A stretch of DNA of 64,000 nt, taken from IMG/VR virus record IMGVR_UViG_3300036761_003567, positions 1 to 64,000 of that record. One strand, given 5' to 3'. The position numbers and the translations under genes are program-made. This document shows, in pieces, positions 54,684 through 64,000 of this stretch. Under the pieces are notes generated by a model. The model was not told the origin of the DNA. It made no database searches and saw only the letters and a program-made list of their open reading frames with translations. This DNA is from a virus. How positions within the stretch are numbered: the first letter of the stretch is position 1; every line of letters starts with the position of its first letter.

Positions 54684-55535
54684 ATGAAGCACCTCCTGGT
54701 AGACGGCCGCAACTCGATCTACCGCGCCATGTTCGCGGGAATGGCGGACCCTGCCTTCCGAAAGTCCGGGTTCCACACCATCATCATCTTCGTTCGGTTC
54801 CTCCACCACTACCTCCGCACGTTCAGGCCATCAGAGATCCACGTATTCTGGGATGACAAGCCAGAAAACCTCTGGCGCCGGAAATTCTTCCCGGCTTACA
54901 AGGCACAAAGAAAGGCGGAGCGCGACAAGAGGAACGCCTTTGACGTCGATAAAGTCATGGCAGATTGCGTCAATGTTGCCATGGCGATCATACCGGAAAT
55001 GGGCATCCGGATGTACTTCCGTGAGACACAGGAAGCGGACGACCTAATTTACGCGTTCATTCAGACCCTGCAGGACAAGGAGTCCGCGACGATAGTCTCC
55101 AGCGATAGCGATTTCGTACAGCTCGAGAAGGGAAATGTTCATGTCTTCAATCCGATGCACACTGGACACCGGAAGGAATATAGATATCCTCTCTTAATGA
55201 AGTGCATGATGGGCGACAAGGCCGACAACATTCCCGGCTATGTCGGCATAGGTCCCAAGAGGGCTGCGAAGCTCTGTGAGAATGATGGTGAAATGAAGGC
55301 CTTCCTGAAGACCAGGGGCATCAAGACGCTCGTCGATAATAGGTTCCTCATCGATATGTCGAAGTGCCCGTTCGTTGAGGACAATGTCAAGTACGTCAAG
55401 GCTATAAGATCCTCACGCCCTGTCTTCAACGGGCCTGCCATAGAGACGGCAGCAATGCGGCTCAAGATCCGGGGTCTCATAGGGGAATTCCATAGATTCG
55501 TCCTCCCATTCAAAAATCTAACCAGGATAAGTTAA
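54684..55535 (+). CDS. 5'-3' exonuclease / flap endonuclease (T4 RNase H-like)
   Basis: LLVDG....YRA, WR...P.YKA.R, EADDLI, SSDSDF.QL, GDKADNIPG..GIGPKRA. Confidence 0.93.
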   Translation: MKHLLVDGRNSIYRAMFAGMADPAFRKSGFHTIIIFVRFLHHYLRTFRPSEIHVFWDDKPENLWRRKFFPAYKAQRKAERDKRNAFDVDKVMADCVNVAMAIIPEMGIRMYFRETQEADDLIYAFIQTLQDKESATIVSSDSDFVQLEKGNVHVFNPMHTGHRKEYRYPLLMKCMMGDKADNIPGYVGIGPKRAAKLCENDGEMKAFLKTRGIKTLVDNRFLIDMSKCPFVEDNVKYVKAIRSSRPVFNGPAIETAAMRLKIRGLIGEFHRFVLPFKNLTRIS

Positions 55536-55546
55536 AGGAGAAAAAG

Positions 55547-55792
55547 ATGGCAAGCGTACACGTCGCCTCCACGATTATAAAGCCGATCGACGCCACGGGA
55601 AGCGTCGTAGACAAGAACAACACGACTATCAGCGTCATGACCAAGAGCAGCTCGGAGATCCGCGTCGACGTAGCTGGATTCCCGACTATCGAAGCGTATC
55701 TCGCGGCTGAGTATGCCAGCGGGTTCAGACTCATACACATGGATCAGACCTATATCATCACGGATGATACGCTAATCGGCAGCAATCCATAA
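55547..55792 (+). CDS. Hypothetical protein
   Basis: AAGGAG RBS. Confidence 0.75.
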   Translation: MASVHVASTIIKPIDATGSVVDKNNTTISVMTKSSSEIRVDVAGFPTIEAYLAAEYASGFRLIHMDQTYIITDDTLIGSNP

Positions 55793-55851
55793 CGAGCCAG
55801 CTCCCACTGGCTTGACCTAGCTGGCCCGCAGGTTCGTGCTTGCGGGCCAGC
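55793..55851 (+). other. Tandem stem-loops in the intergenic region
   Basis: 55793-55800/55807-55814 and 55820-55831/55840-55851; no U-tract. Confidence 0.55.
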
Positions 55852-55875
55852 AGCGTATATAAGTCAGGGTGAACA

Positions 55876-56445
55876 ATGGGTAATTCGTGGAAAGTCGCTG
55901 AGCGAAAAGTAGCCCGTCTCCTGGGTAAGTGGGCTTGTGGAAATGAAGATGCCCTCCGCCGGATGCCCCTCCAGGGGCGCATGATGGAAGAGTATCTCGG
56001 CGACATTATAGTAAACGAGGCGGCTCCGGAAGATGTCCGAAAGAAAGGCGCCGCCTTCCTCAGCAAGTTCATGATCGACGTCAAGAAGAGGATAACCAAG
56101 CAGAGCGCTACGGGATGGCATTTCGAGCAGTTTCTGACCAGTCCGAAGCACCAAATATTTGCCTGGTGGCGAAAACTCGAGGGAGCGGCAGAGAAGTACC
56201 AGAAAATGCCACTTCTGATCATTACCAAAGGGGACAGAAACTGGTTTATATTGGTAGATGAAAAATTGTATGGTAGGGTCAAAGTCAGAAGGCAGGGTCT
56301 AATGCCGAATTCCATCACTATTAAGTGCCTGGAAGCAAAGACACTTATGGCAATGAATCTCTTTGACTTCCTGAAGATACCCGTGGAGGCCATATGGCCT
56401 GTGGAGCCTGCGGCAAGCGCCGAGAGCAGCAAGGCGCAAGCGTAG
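55876..56445 (+). CDS. Holliday-junction resolvase-like PD-(D/E)xK nuclease
   Basis: G...ER.VA..L..W, GDI, IDVKK, WW, PLLI. Confidence 0.6.
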   Translation: MGNSWKVAERKVARLLGKWACGNEDALRRMPLQGRMMEEYLGDIIVNEAAPEDVRKKGAAFLSKFMIDVKKRITKQSATGWHFEQFLTSPKHQIFAWWRKLEGAAEKYQKMPLLIITKGDRNWFILVDEKLYGRVKVRRQGLMPNSITIKCLEAKTLMAMNLFDFLKIPVEAIWPVEPAASAESSKAQA

Positions 56446-56618
56446 CCCCAAAGGGCTCACATATTGCCATAGGTCGCCCTGTCATTAGCGTCGGCGTTGC
56501 CGAACGCTGCCCCAGGTGCGGCTGGCCTATGAGACGGGTACATAAGTTCGACAGGGAGAAGAGACAGCCGACGCTCGCCCTGGTATGTATCAACAACCAC
56601 TGTAGGTTCTCTCAGTGA
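56394..56618 (+). CDS. Small zinc-ribbon protein
   Basis: MACGACG, CPRCG, C....C; GGAGG RBS. Confidence 0.7.
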   Translation: MACGACGKRREQQGASVAPKGSHIAIGRPVISVGVAERCPRCGWPMRRVHKFDREKRQPTLALVCINNHCRFSQ

Positions 56619-57040
56619 CGCAACTATGCCAATCTCTCCTACTCTGGCTCATGGCCGCCCTGGCCGTCGAGGCCGTCACTGAGATTGTCGTATCATCCAG
56701 CCTATTCTTCGGCCTCCGTACCGGCATTTCGCGTCTTCCAGGCCGGATCGGGGCGTTCTTCGGCGAGCTCGTTTCCTGCGGCTACTGCTTTTCCGTTTGG
56801 GCAAGCGCAGCCGTGGCATGGGCCCTTCCGGGGGCCCTCTTCCCCGGCGAGTATGGCTGGGTTGCCGATATTGCCTTGCGCACGTTCGCACTTCACAGGG
56901 TATCTAACTTCATGCACGGCAAGATAAAGATGGCGTGTGACCGGCCACCCCAGGAGCATGTCCTGACGCTGTTCATCCGGGAGAAAGACGATGACCAAGG
57001 AACTGAAACTGGAACCAGTAATAGTCAAGAGCCAAGCTGA
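56615..57040 (+). CDS. DUF1360-like membrane protein
   Basis: Hydrophobic segments; ELVSCGYCFSVW motif. Confidence 0.65.
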   Translation: MTQLCQSLLLWLMAALAVEAVTEIVVSSSLFFGLRTGISRLPGRIGAFFGELVSCGYCFSVWASAAVAWALPGALFPGEYGWVADIALRTFALHRVSNFMHGKIKMACDRPPQEHVLTLFIREKDDDQGTETGTSNSQEPS

Positions 57041-57305
57041 CATCGTCCAGGCCCTCAAGCCTTTCATGGACGACAAGCATCAGCTCCGGGCTTCACTCCT
57101 GGAAGGCTTTGAGCTGGTCAAAAAGCGAAAGCTGTTCAACGAGAAGACGGATTCCGGTCTGGACGTGGACCAGATGCACTTCTGGGTCGATGATCTTATC
57201 AAGCAGCGGATGGGTGGCAAGCGCAAGGACATGGTCGTCGTCTGGGAGTTGCCAGAAGGGAAGTTCCAGTTCGAACCTCTAACAAAGAAGCTTTCCGATG
57301 CCTGA
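56991..57305 (+). CDS. Hypothetical protein
   Basis: GGAG RBS; in operon. Confidence 0.7.
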   Translation: MTKELKLEPVIVKSQADIVQALKPFMDDKHQLRASLLEGFELVKKRKLFNEKTDSGLDVDQMHFWVDDLIKQRMGGKRKDMVVVWELPEGKFQFEPLTKKLSDA

Positions 57306-57606
57306 TCAATCAGTGATGGTGGACCTCGCCCATTATGCCGCCATAAGCACTTGGCAGCCTAAGATGGGCGACATCGTAATCTGGCACGGCTGGTTTACGC
57401 ACTGGTATGGCGTCGTGAACCAGGTCCAGGCCAGTGGGCACGTTTCCGTTATCCGCGGCGGCCTTCCGCTCCTCCTGTTCACGATGGATCAGGATTCCAT
57501 GCAGAGGAAGACGAAGCTGGTTCACATCACGAAGATCAGGGCGTCCCGAGGCGGAGAATGGGCGGCTATTCAGACGGCCAACAATCAGATAACCTGGTTC
57601 GTATGA
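57298..57606 (+). CDS. Hypothetical protein
   Basis: Overlapping operon gene. Confidence 0.7.
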   Translation: MPDQSVMVDLAHYAAISTWQPKMGDIVIWHGWFTHWYGVVNQVQASGHVSVIRGGLPLLLFTMDQDSMQRKTKLVHITKIRASRGGEWAAIQTANNQITWFV

Positions 57607-58127
57607 CGCCAACCATCCTCCCCTATGTCCCGCTCCTCGAGCTGAAGGATGTCAAGCCAATTCTCGGGCGCCTTTGTTACTTCATAGAACCCTACAAGCT
57701 GGAAGGCGTCGCTGTAGTCATCTATCTGTCCAAAGGGCTCTTTCACGTAAAAGCCAGCAAGTGGAGTGGAATGACGGTCTCTGCTGACCTGGACGTTACG
57801 AAGATCAAGAAAGGAACGCTGGAAGCAGATATTCTGGCGAGGTGGATACCGCACATCATCAAGATTATGAAGTATGCGAAGATCATCCAGGCAGAGTACT
57901 ATTTCAGTGGGATGATGCTCGTGGACGTAAGGCTATCCGTGGACAAGTTCATCGGACCCGGCATGCTCCGGGACCTCTTTGCCAAGACCATTTCCACCCA
58001 GAAGATCTTGAAGGTCGCGGCTGCGACGGAAGAGGAAATGAAGGGCATAGCCGCGATTCTGAAGCCCTCTGTATACAAAACTATAGTAGCCGGAGATGAT
58101 ATGGTCCCCCTTTACTGCAAGATATGA
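57603..58127 (+). CDS. Hypothetical protein
   Basis: Start revised to MTPTIL (ATGA overlap). Confidence 0.7.
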   Translation: MTPTILPYVPLLELKDVKPILGRLCYFIEPYKLEGVAVVIYLSKGLFHVKASKWSGMTVSADLDVTKIKKGTLEADILARWIPHIIKIMKYAKIIQAEYYFSGMMLVDVRLSVDKFIGPGMLRDLFAKTISTQKILKVAAATEEEMKGIAAILKPSVYKTIVAGDDMVPLYCKI

Positions 58128-58238
58128 AACTCAAGAGACTTCACTCCAACATCGCGGGCGTAACCCTCGTGAGGCCGCTTCCGATGTTCCTAGAAGCGAA
58201 GCGAAAGCGAAAGGCGCGCCGCAACAAGTAGATATGTC

Positions 58239-60158
58239 ATGCCCCTCATCGAATTTGTCAATCCGAACCAGCATAGCGTACACTTGATGGGTCCGGACAA
58301 GAAGGTCATCGTCGTAGGCGGCAAGCAGAAGGTCGTCCTCCAGGATTGGTTTTCCAGGTATGCGCCCAACTTCATCCGACCGGTCCGCGGAGTAGAAAGG
58401 GATTCCATCTCCGTAATCAATCCCAATACGCGTCCGCAAGTCCAAGTCGCACGTGCCACCCGACCCAAGATCCCCACTGGCATAAAAGGAATTCGAGTAG
58501 AATATGCGAATCGTGCGATCAAGGTATTGAATGAGCGGCATGGCCATCCGCGCCAGCCAGTAAACATTAGGAACCATGGTCCTATCGTCGGAAAGACGAC
58601 CTTTCACGGGGAGGTCGCGACAAAGTATTTCCAGATGATCATTCCGTCTTTCAGAATTTGCCTTTCCAACGACATTGGCGTCGGCATCTTAAGTTACAAC
58701 AGGCTCGGATCCATCCAGCGACTTCTGGCGTCTATTGCGGCTCACACGAACCTCCAGAGAACAACCGTCTTCGTCAGCGATGAGTCATCCCAGCCGGAAG
58801 TGAAGCAATGGCTGCGGACCGTCGACTGGATCGTCCTTTTGGACAATCAGGAACGTCTTGGGGTTGCAGGGAATACAAATCGCCTCATCCAATGCCTAGA
58901 TAGGTTCAGACATAAGGTCATCCTCAATGACGACGTCGAGATCCTGGCCAATGGTTGGGAGCAGTTTTATCCGGTGGCTACGGCCGAATCCGGGATCCAT
59001 CATTTCTGCTTCAGACAGCTTGGCGTCTATGGCGCAGCAAAGACTGGCGTCGTAGAAACCAGAATCAAGGGCAGGCTCATCAAGTCGGTCCATGATAAGC
59101 CGCAGGGCGCCGTGATAGCCTACGACGATGCCGCGGCCAGGGCCGTCGGCTTCATGGACGAGTCTATGGGGCTCTATGGAATGGAGCACGTCGACTGGTC
59201 CAATCGCATATCCCTTTCCGGCATCCAGCCGCGAGGGTTCCACGACGTGGAGGGCTCGGAGCAGTTCTTCAAGCTCCATAATGAGTCTTCCGCCGTCGAG
59301 GGCAGGGTTCAGCTGCTGCTCAAGGCGCGAGAGCTCTGGGAAAGCGTAAAGACAAATCCTGCTCGAATTCACGTCCAGCGCACGCCGCGTTCAGACGTAC
59401 CGAGCGTAAGCTGCGTCATTCCCTGCCGCGGTTTGGAAAGACAGAAGTCTGTCGATGCGGTCATCGCCTGTATCAAGGGCCAGAACTTCCCCGCCGTAGA
59501 GATCCTGGTCGTCGAGCAGGACGAGACGGAGAAGATCCGCCTGAGCCAGTTCGCTCGGAAGTTATTCATCAGGGCACCACGCGAACAGCCTTTCTGCAAG
59601 GCAGTCGCCTTCAACAAAGGCGTAGCAGAGACGAAGCATCTACAGCTGGTCCTGCAGGACGGGGACATTATCTTCCATAGGGATTATCTTAGAAAGCTCA
59701 TGGGCGTGCTGAAAGGGCAGCAAGGAGCCCACATCGGCAAGGAAGTTATCTACATGGACAGCGCTAGCACGAGTGAGATTATTTCCCAATTCAGAATCAG
59801 CGAGAGCCTGAAGTCGAGCCAGGTCGTCGGTTATTTCGAGGGAGGCTCTCTGGCCTGCACAAAGCAGGCGTACTTCGCCTGCGGCGGGTTCCTAGAGGAG
59901 TTCATCGGCTACGGATGTGAAGACTGCGACTTTTTCAATAGGCTCAAGAACCTCGGAAAGTTCTTCGACGTGCGGACGGAGGCCTTCATCCATCTAGATC
60001 ATGGTCGCCCGCCGGGATGGAAGGAAATTCACGCGAAGAATAAGAAGCTCTTCGCCAATCTCAAGGTCGGGCATGACATGACCCAATTGTCGGGATATTG
60101 TCGCGGAAAGCTGCGTACTGCCGGGTACGGCCCCCTCATGGATAGCCTGGGCATTTAG
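58239..60158 (+). CDS. Tandem two-domain GT2 glycosyltransferase
   Basis: Domain 1: GILSYNR, NDD, YGMEH.DW. Domain 2: SCVIP.R, ILVVEQD, F.K..AFN.G, DGD, GGF.E.F.GYG.ED. Confidence 0.85.
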   Translation: MPLIEFVNPNQHSVHLMGPDKKVIVVGGKQKVVLQDWFSRYAPNFIRPVRGVERDSISVINPNTRPQVQVARATRPKIPTGIKGIRVEYANRAIKVLNERHGHPRQPVNIRNHGPIVGKTTFHGEVATKYFQMIIPSFRICLSNDIGVGILSYNRLGSIQRLLASIAAHTNLQRTTVFVSDESSQPEVKQWLRTVDWIVLLDNQERLGVAGNTNRLIQCLDRFRHKVILNDDVEILANGWEQFYPVATAESGIHHFCFRQLGVYGAAKTGVVETRIKGRLIKSVHDKPQGAVIAYDDAAARAVGFMDESMGLYGMEHVDWSNRISLSGIQPRGFHDVEGSEQFFKLHNESSAVEGRVQLLLKARELWESVKTNPARIHVQRTPRSDVPSVSCVIPCRGLERQKSVDAVIACIKGQNFPAVEILVVEQDETEKIRLSQFARKLFIRAPREQPFCKAVAFNKGVAETKHLQLVLQDGDIIFHRDYLRKLMGVLKGQQGAHIGKEVIYMDSASTSEIISQFRISESLKSSQVVGYFEGGSLACTKQAYFACGGFLEEFIGYGCEDCDFFNRLKNLGKFFDVRTEAFIHLDHGRPPGWKEIHAKNKKLFANLKVGHDMTQLSGYCRGKLRTAGYGPLMDSLGI

Positions 60159-61227
60159 ATTGATGTGCTCGGAGCATTCTTTTAAATTCAATTAACGCGT
60201 GATAGCTCCGAGCCAAATTGACCCACACGCATACCAATTGGATGTTATCCTTTAGATAGCCAGTCGAATTCTCTATCCTGTCGATGCTACAGGAATTTAG
60301 ATGACCTCCCTGGAGTCTCATCGGCACTTTCGTGATAGCGCATCGTCCTTTTTGACTCTTATAAAGATCACATAAGAAATCGAGCGTTAAGTTATGGTTA
60401 AAACCCTTTCGTCTTTTGAATATTTTGCTATGAATACGTTGTCTTATTACTCGGAATAAATGTCTGAAGTATGTTCTGATTTTGGTATCATTGGTATTGT
60501 ATTCCCGACCGCCGCCATTTCTAAACTGTTTTAGTGTTTCTCTAAATTCTCTGGCCGTATGTCTTCGACGGCCCAAATTTACCCATTTGCATACCAGTCT
60601 AATATTTCCTTTGTTATACCCCATATTGTTATCGATGCGGTCAATAGATACTGAAAGAAGATGTCTAAAGCAGTGTGTCATTTTAATGCCGGTGGCTTTA
60701 CATCTTCCATTTTGACGTTCCCATAGCTGCATTAGGTATTCAATGCCAAAATCGCAAGGTTTTCGTAGCCTTGCCAGAGCGGATCTGAGGAAGTTTTCCG
60801 GAGTGCTCTCTCTGTGCTGTTTTATGGAGTCGTTGTGCTGCCGTCGCCTAGCCGGGCTACTTTGCCTTTCTCTACTTTCTAGTCTTTTCTTTAATTTCCT
60901 ACACTCATAACAAATATTCTTGCGTTTTGGTCTGAAGCGGGATAACTCGGTAGTGCCACATACGTTGCACCTTGGGGTAAGATTAGTTTGGCTTCTTGAT
61001 AAATGTTCCCTTGCGCGGCACCCACAATGTGGCGGGTATGATTTTGCCACATAATTCACTTCTGATATGCACTTTACGCATTTATTACCACATTCGCAGT
61101 AGAATTTATAGAAAACGCGCTTTGGTTCATGTTGCATATGAAAAGGGCGACTCACCACTTTTAGATGGCCGACGATAGTACCTATCTTTAGTCGCCGATG
61201 CTGCGAATCTATTGGCAAAAAGTACAT
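60136..61227 (-). mobile_element. Free-standing endonuclease with two HNH-like domains, antisense between GT genes
   Basis: CECG, CGC, CNVC; SIDRIDN..GY..GNI.LVC..VN and SIDRIEN..GY...NI.LVC..VN; AT-rich. Start revised to MYFLP. Confidence 0.75.
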
Positions 61228-61234
61228 AGATGAT

Positions 61235-62221
61235 ATGCGCGTGCTATTACCACATAGACCCGGGGGCGCTTTCAGCTTCATATCAGATGGATGGCTCAAT
61301 GCCTTCATTGCCACGGGTCACCAAGCGCAACGCTGGGACGGCAAACAAAGCTCCTGGAATATATTTGATCCGGATCTGATAATCGCATGTTCTGGCCACC
61401 GCCAACCCATACCCGCACCGCGCGGCAGAACAAAATTGGCCGTCCATGTGAACCCTTACGGGCCAGAAAAAATTAAAGGCATTGATGAGCCACAGGAGGC
61501 TATAAACTGGACTCTCGCGCAACGGCCAGATGCCGTATTCGGATACGGCCACAAAGACGACGGGAGATTCTGGGAGTATTGGACTTCAAAACATGGCATC
61601 CCTTGGGTGCCGATGGCTACGGCCGGGGATGCCACTGTCTTCTACTCCAGGCAAGGTCTAACAAACGCCCCGGTGCCGCGCGACATCCCCATAGGGTACG
61701 TTGGCGGTCGCTGGGATTACAAGGCCAAGAATTTGGACAGATATCTGTTTCCCCTTTTCTCAAACAAGACGCTTGGCTGTAAGGTCCATGGCTGGGGCGG
61801 TTGGCAGCCCGGGATCAGCTCTGGTGTCATTCGGGACGAGGACGTGGCTGGTTTCTTTTCGAGATGCCGAGTCTGCCCCTGCGTTGCCGAACCCCATACC
61901 ACACAATGGGGTATAGACTTGCCGGAGCGCGTATTCAAGGTTATCCTCTGTGGCGCCCTGGCTATCCACGATCCTGTAAAGGGCCTGGAACGATTCTCGA
62001 CGAACATCGTCATGGCCAATGGCCCGATGGAATTCATAGAGCTCTGTGTCAAATGGTCCAGACCGGAGATGGAACCACAGCGGCAGGAACTCGCCCGGAA
62101 ACAGCGAAGGGACATATTAAACGGACACACTTACTTCCACAGGCTGGCAGGACTGCTGAGGACAGTAGGATTTGCAGGGGAGGCGGATAAGATGCTCGAG
62201 CACGCCAAATCAATAGTCTAA
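61235..62221 (+). CDS. GT-B (CgeB/Glyco_trans_1_2-like) glycosyltransferase
   Basis: IGYVGG, VHG.G, ERVF....CG...I.D, HTY.HR. Confidence 0.75.
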   Translation: MRVLLPHRPGGAFSFISDGWLNAFIATGHQAQRWDGKQSSWNIFDPDLIIACSGHRQPIPAPRGRTKLAVHVNPYGPEKIKGIDEPQEAINWTLAQRPDAVFGYGHKDDGRFWEYWTSKHGIPWVPMATAGDATVFYSRQGLTNAPVPRDIPIGYVGGRWDYKAKNLDRYLFPLFSNKTLGCKVHGWGGWQPGISSGVIRDEDVAGFFSRCRVCPCVAEPHTTQWGIDLPERVFKVILCGALAIHDPVKGLERFSTNIVMANGPMEFIELCVKWSRPEMEPQRQELARKQRRDILNGHTYFHRLAGLLRTVGFAGEADKMLEHAKSIV

Positions 62222-62568
62222 GCCGGCTTCTCTTCCCTCTGTTCCGCTTCCAGCTTCGCCACGAGCTTCTTCAAGTCCACGAGCGGTACCTTCTCCAGTT
62301 TGATGCCCTCATCCAGGAAGGCAAAGTCCACTTTCTTCTTTCCGATCCCGTCCAAGACCTTCCGGAGGGCCGCCCCAGAGGCCTTCATCCAGAATTGGGC
62401 CTTTTGCTGGCTAAGCTTCCTACGATATTCCGTCGCAAGCCTGATGATAATGAGATCCCCATCCGCGAGGGAAAGCTTTTCTATTACGGACTTCAGGAGA
62501 GCATCCTTGACGTCGGGCGCTGGTTCGCCGCCAGGCAGATAGGGTGGTTTCGGAGATCCGTTGTTCAT
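62218..62568 (-). CDS. Hypothetical protein
   Basis: GTATTTCA upstream; phage-like codon usage. Confidence 0.7.
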   Translation of the reverse strand: MNNGSPKPPYLPGGEPAPDVKDALLKSVIEKLSLADGDLIIIRLATEYRRKLSQQKAQFWMKASGAALRKVLDGIGKKKVDFAFLDEGIKLEKVPLVDLKKLVAKLEAEQREEKPA

Positions 62569-62584
62569 GGGGGTCCCTTTTGGA

Positions 62585-63097
62585 TTATGCGTGTGAAATA
62601 CAGGTAGCCATCGCTATCGTCCTTGCGGACACGAGGATGTTGCCGATATAGAGTTCCTCGACGAGGACAGCCGGCTTGCTCTTGTCGCTATGGAACCAGG
62701 ATTTGGCAAGGAGGAGGGCTTCGTTGGGCCTATACTGTCTTTCTGAGTGCGACCAGGCGAGATTTTGTGGCAGGAACGGATGGCCTTCTATGCTCGCCAT
62801 CTCGCGGTAAGCCCTGTAGTATCGTTCCTCTTTTCCCGTTGGGATGAATTGTGATCTGTCGAGATGCGCTGCAATGAAGACCTTTCCATTACCTGTGCCG
62901 CACGGAGAACCCGTATACCTGACAGTGTAAATAAGGGTACCGGCGCTTTTCATATCACTTATATCGGAAGAGCTACAGATGACGTCTTCTTTGGACGGAG
63001 GGAAGAGAGAACCATCCCTGACGTCGGCCCCCAGCCGGACGGCAAAATGGCTGATTTTCATACAGACATTTAAAACAGACTTGGATTCTGCTGTCAA
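62585..63097 (-). CDS. Hypothetical protein
   Basis: Only long ORF in the interval; start uncertain. Confidence 0.5.
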   Translation of the reverse strand: MTAESKSVLNVCMKISHFAVRLGADVRDGSLFPPSKEDVICSSSDISDMKSAGTLIYTVRYTGSPCGTGNGKVFIAAHLDRSQFIPTGKEERYYRAYREMASIEGHPFLPQNLAWSHSERQYRPNEALLLAKSWFHSDKSKPAVLVEELYIGNILVSARTIAMATCISHA

Positions 63098-63118
63098 TCA
63101 TTTGTGTATCTAATAAAT

Positions 63119-63472
63119 ATGGAACCACTTCGCCTCAGGCTCGTGAAGCAGGCAAAGGAAGAGGAATCAAAGTACTTTCAGAAGTATATCGTCATCAAGA
63201 GAGAGAAGATTGGCGGCCTATTTGCCAAGTTCATGAAGGCCGTCTTCAACGCAGACATCGGCCCCCGGGAAATCGAGACGTTCAAGAGTACGCTGGATGG
63301 CATGATGAATCTCCAGGGCCTCCACTATTTCGTCGTCAATCTGGATGAAAAAGAAGGCCGGGAAGCCATGATCCAGTACTGGCTCTTGAAAGGCTATCCT
63401 CGCGAAGAGATAGAGAAGTGCATCCCAAGTTTAAAGGAAGAAGCCAATGACCAAGCCAAAGGCAAAAGCTGA
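63119..63472 (+). CDS. Hypothetical protein
   Basis: Start revised to MEPLRL, just after GTATCTAA. Confidence 0.7.
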   Translation: MEPLRLRLVKQAKEEESKYFQKYIVIKREKIGGLFAKFMKAVFNADIGPREIETFKSTLDGMMNLQGLHYFVVNLDEKEGREAMIQYWLLKGYPREEIEKCIPSLKEEANDQAKGKS

Positions 63473-64000
63473 GCAGAAAAAGGAAGTCCCACCGTATCCG
63501 GTCGTCCCAGCAGACCTCCGGGAGATGGCAGGCCGGATTCAGTTTAGCCTGAAGCCGAGTCCCTTCGTAGCGGACAAGGCTGCGGACGACTTCGCTACCT
63601 TCGTGACAGCGAACATCAACCATAGCGCCCTCCGTATACTATCTCTGGAAGCTAAGATAAATGGCGACAACCCCACGGTTGCGATCCAGAAGGCGGATGA
63701 AGCCTTCGGCGGAGTTGCGGAATTCATTTTCGTACAATGCCCGTACTGCCACACCCCACTTCACATCATCGACAACATACACCTCGCGAATTGCCCCGAA
63801 GTCCAGAAGAAATATTCCGGCAAGACGGAGCTCTGGACGACTGGGCAGTGCCTGAAGGATTTCCCGGATACCCAGATGAGATCCTGGCTTGCTTCCTACA
63901 TTGCACATCTTTCAGTAATGGCGCCCGGCCCGGTTGCTGAGACGAGCCCGATTCCGCCGCGTCCGGCAGTCATCGACAAGCGCAAGGGGTTGAACGCGAT
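63447..64000 (+). CDS. Hypothetical protein (partial, runs off window)
   Basis: Not in the track; MTKPKAKAEQKKEVPP...CPYCH...; frame is open to the window end. Confidence 0.7.
   Translation, partial: MTKPKAKAEQKKEVPPYPVVPADLREMAGRIQFSLKPSPFVADKAADDFATFVTANINHSALRILSLEAKINGDNPTVAIQKADEAFGGVAEFIFVQCPYCHTPLHIIDNIHLANCPEVQKKYSGKTELWTTGQCLKDFPDTQMRSWLASYIAHLSVMAPGPVAETSPIPPRPAVIDKRKGLNA

Noticed and set aside
1-64000. tRNA, tmRNA, integrase, DatZ, MazZ, PhuZ or nuclear-shell genes
   Set aside because: No recognisable motifs by eye; absence from this window says nothing about the rest of the genome.
1-64000. Abundant restriction palindromes (GTCGAC, CTCGAG, GAATTC) as support for modified DNA
   Set aside because: Not quantified, and explainable by codon usage; needs a Markov-model test.

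Overview
This is a 64-kb internal segment of a large (probably jumbo) contractile-tailed dsDNA phage with T4-like head/neck/tail proteins. The host cannot be determined from this window. No rRNA, tRNA or CRISPR array was seen, and all family calls come from motif recognition by eye, not database searches. Main modules: (i) tail sheath plus gp13/gp14/gp15-like neck genes; (ii) a nucleotide-metabolism operon with dCTP deaminase, SWIB protein, GNAT, a PurZ-signature synthetase, an altered DeoC-like barrel and an NDT/DNPH1-like N-glycosidase; (iii) two divergent sigma-like genes; (iv) gp46/gp47-like nuclease genes flanking an Apyc1-like MBL phosphodiesterase; (v) an intein-containing DinG-like helicase; (vi) at least six glycosyltransferases, including a plant SERGT1/HPAT-like enzyme, plus GDP-fucose synthase; (vii) an actin-fold ATPase; (viii) a replication block with DnaE in three pieces, UDG, RecA, DnaB, a minimal PolA, UvsY, SSB, 5'-3' exonuclease and a resolvase; (ix) four AT-rich free-standing endonuclease ORFs. 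The strongest leads are a possible 2-aminoadenine (Z) genome in a jumbo DnaE phage; a DnaE fractured by an antisense endonuclease through a degenerate split-intein-like pair, with a 2-nt frameshift inside the catalytic PDIDVD motif; two densely base-paired intergenic RNAs (about 220 and 640 nt); and a three-tier promoter/sigma cascade with built-in antisense control.
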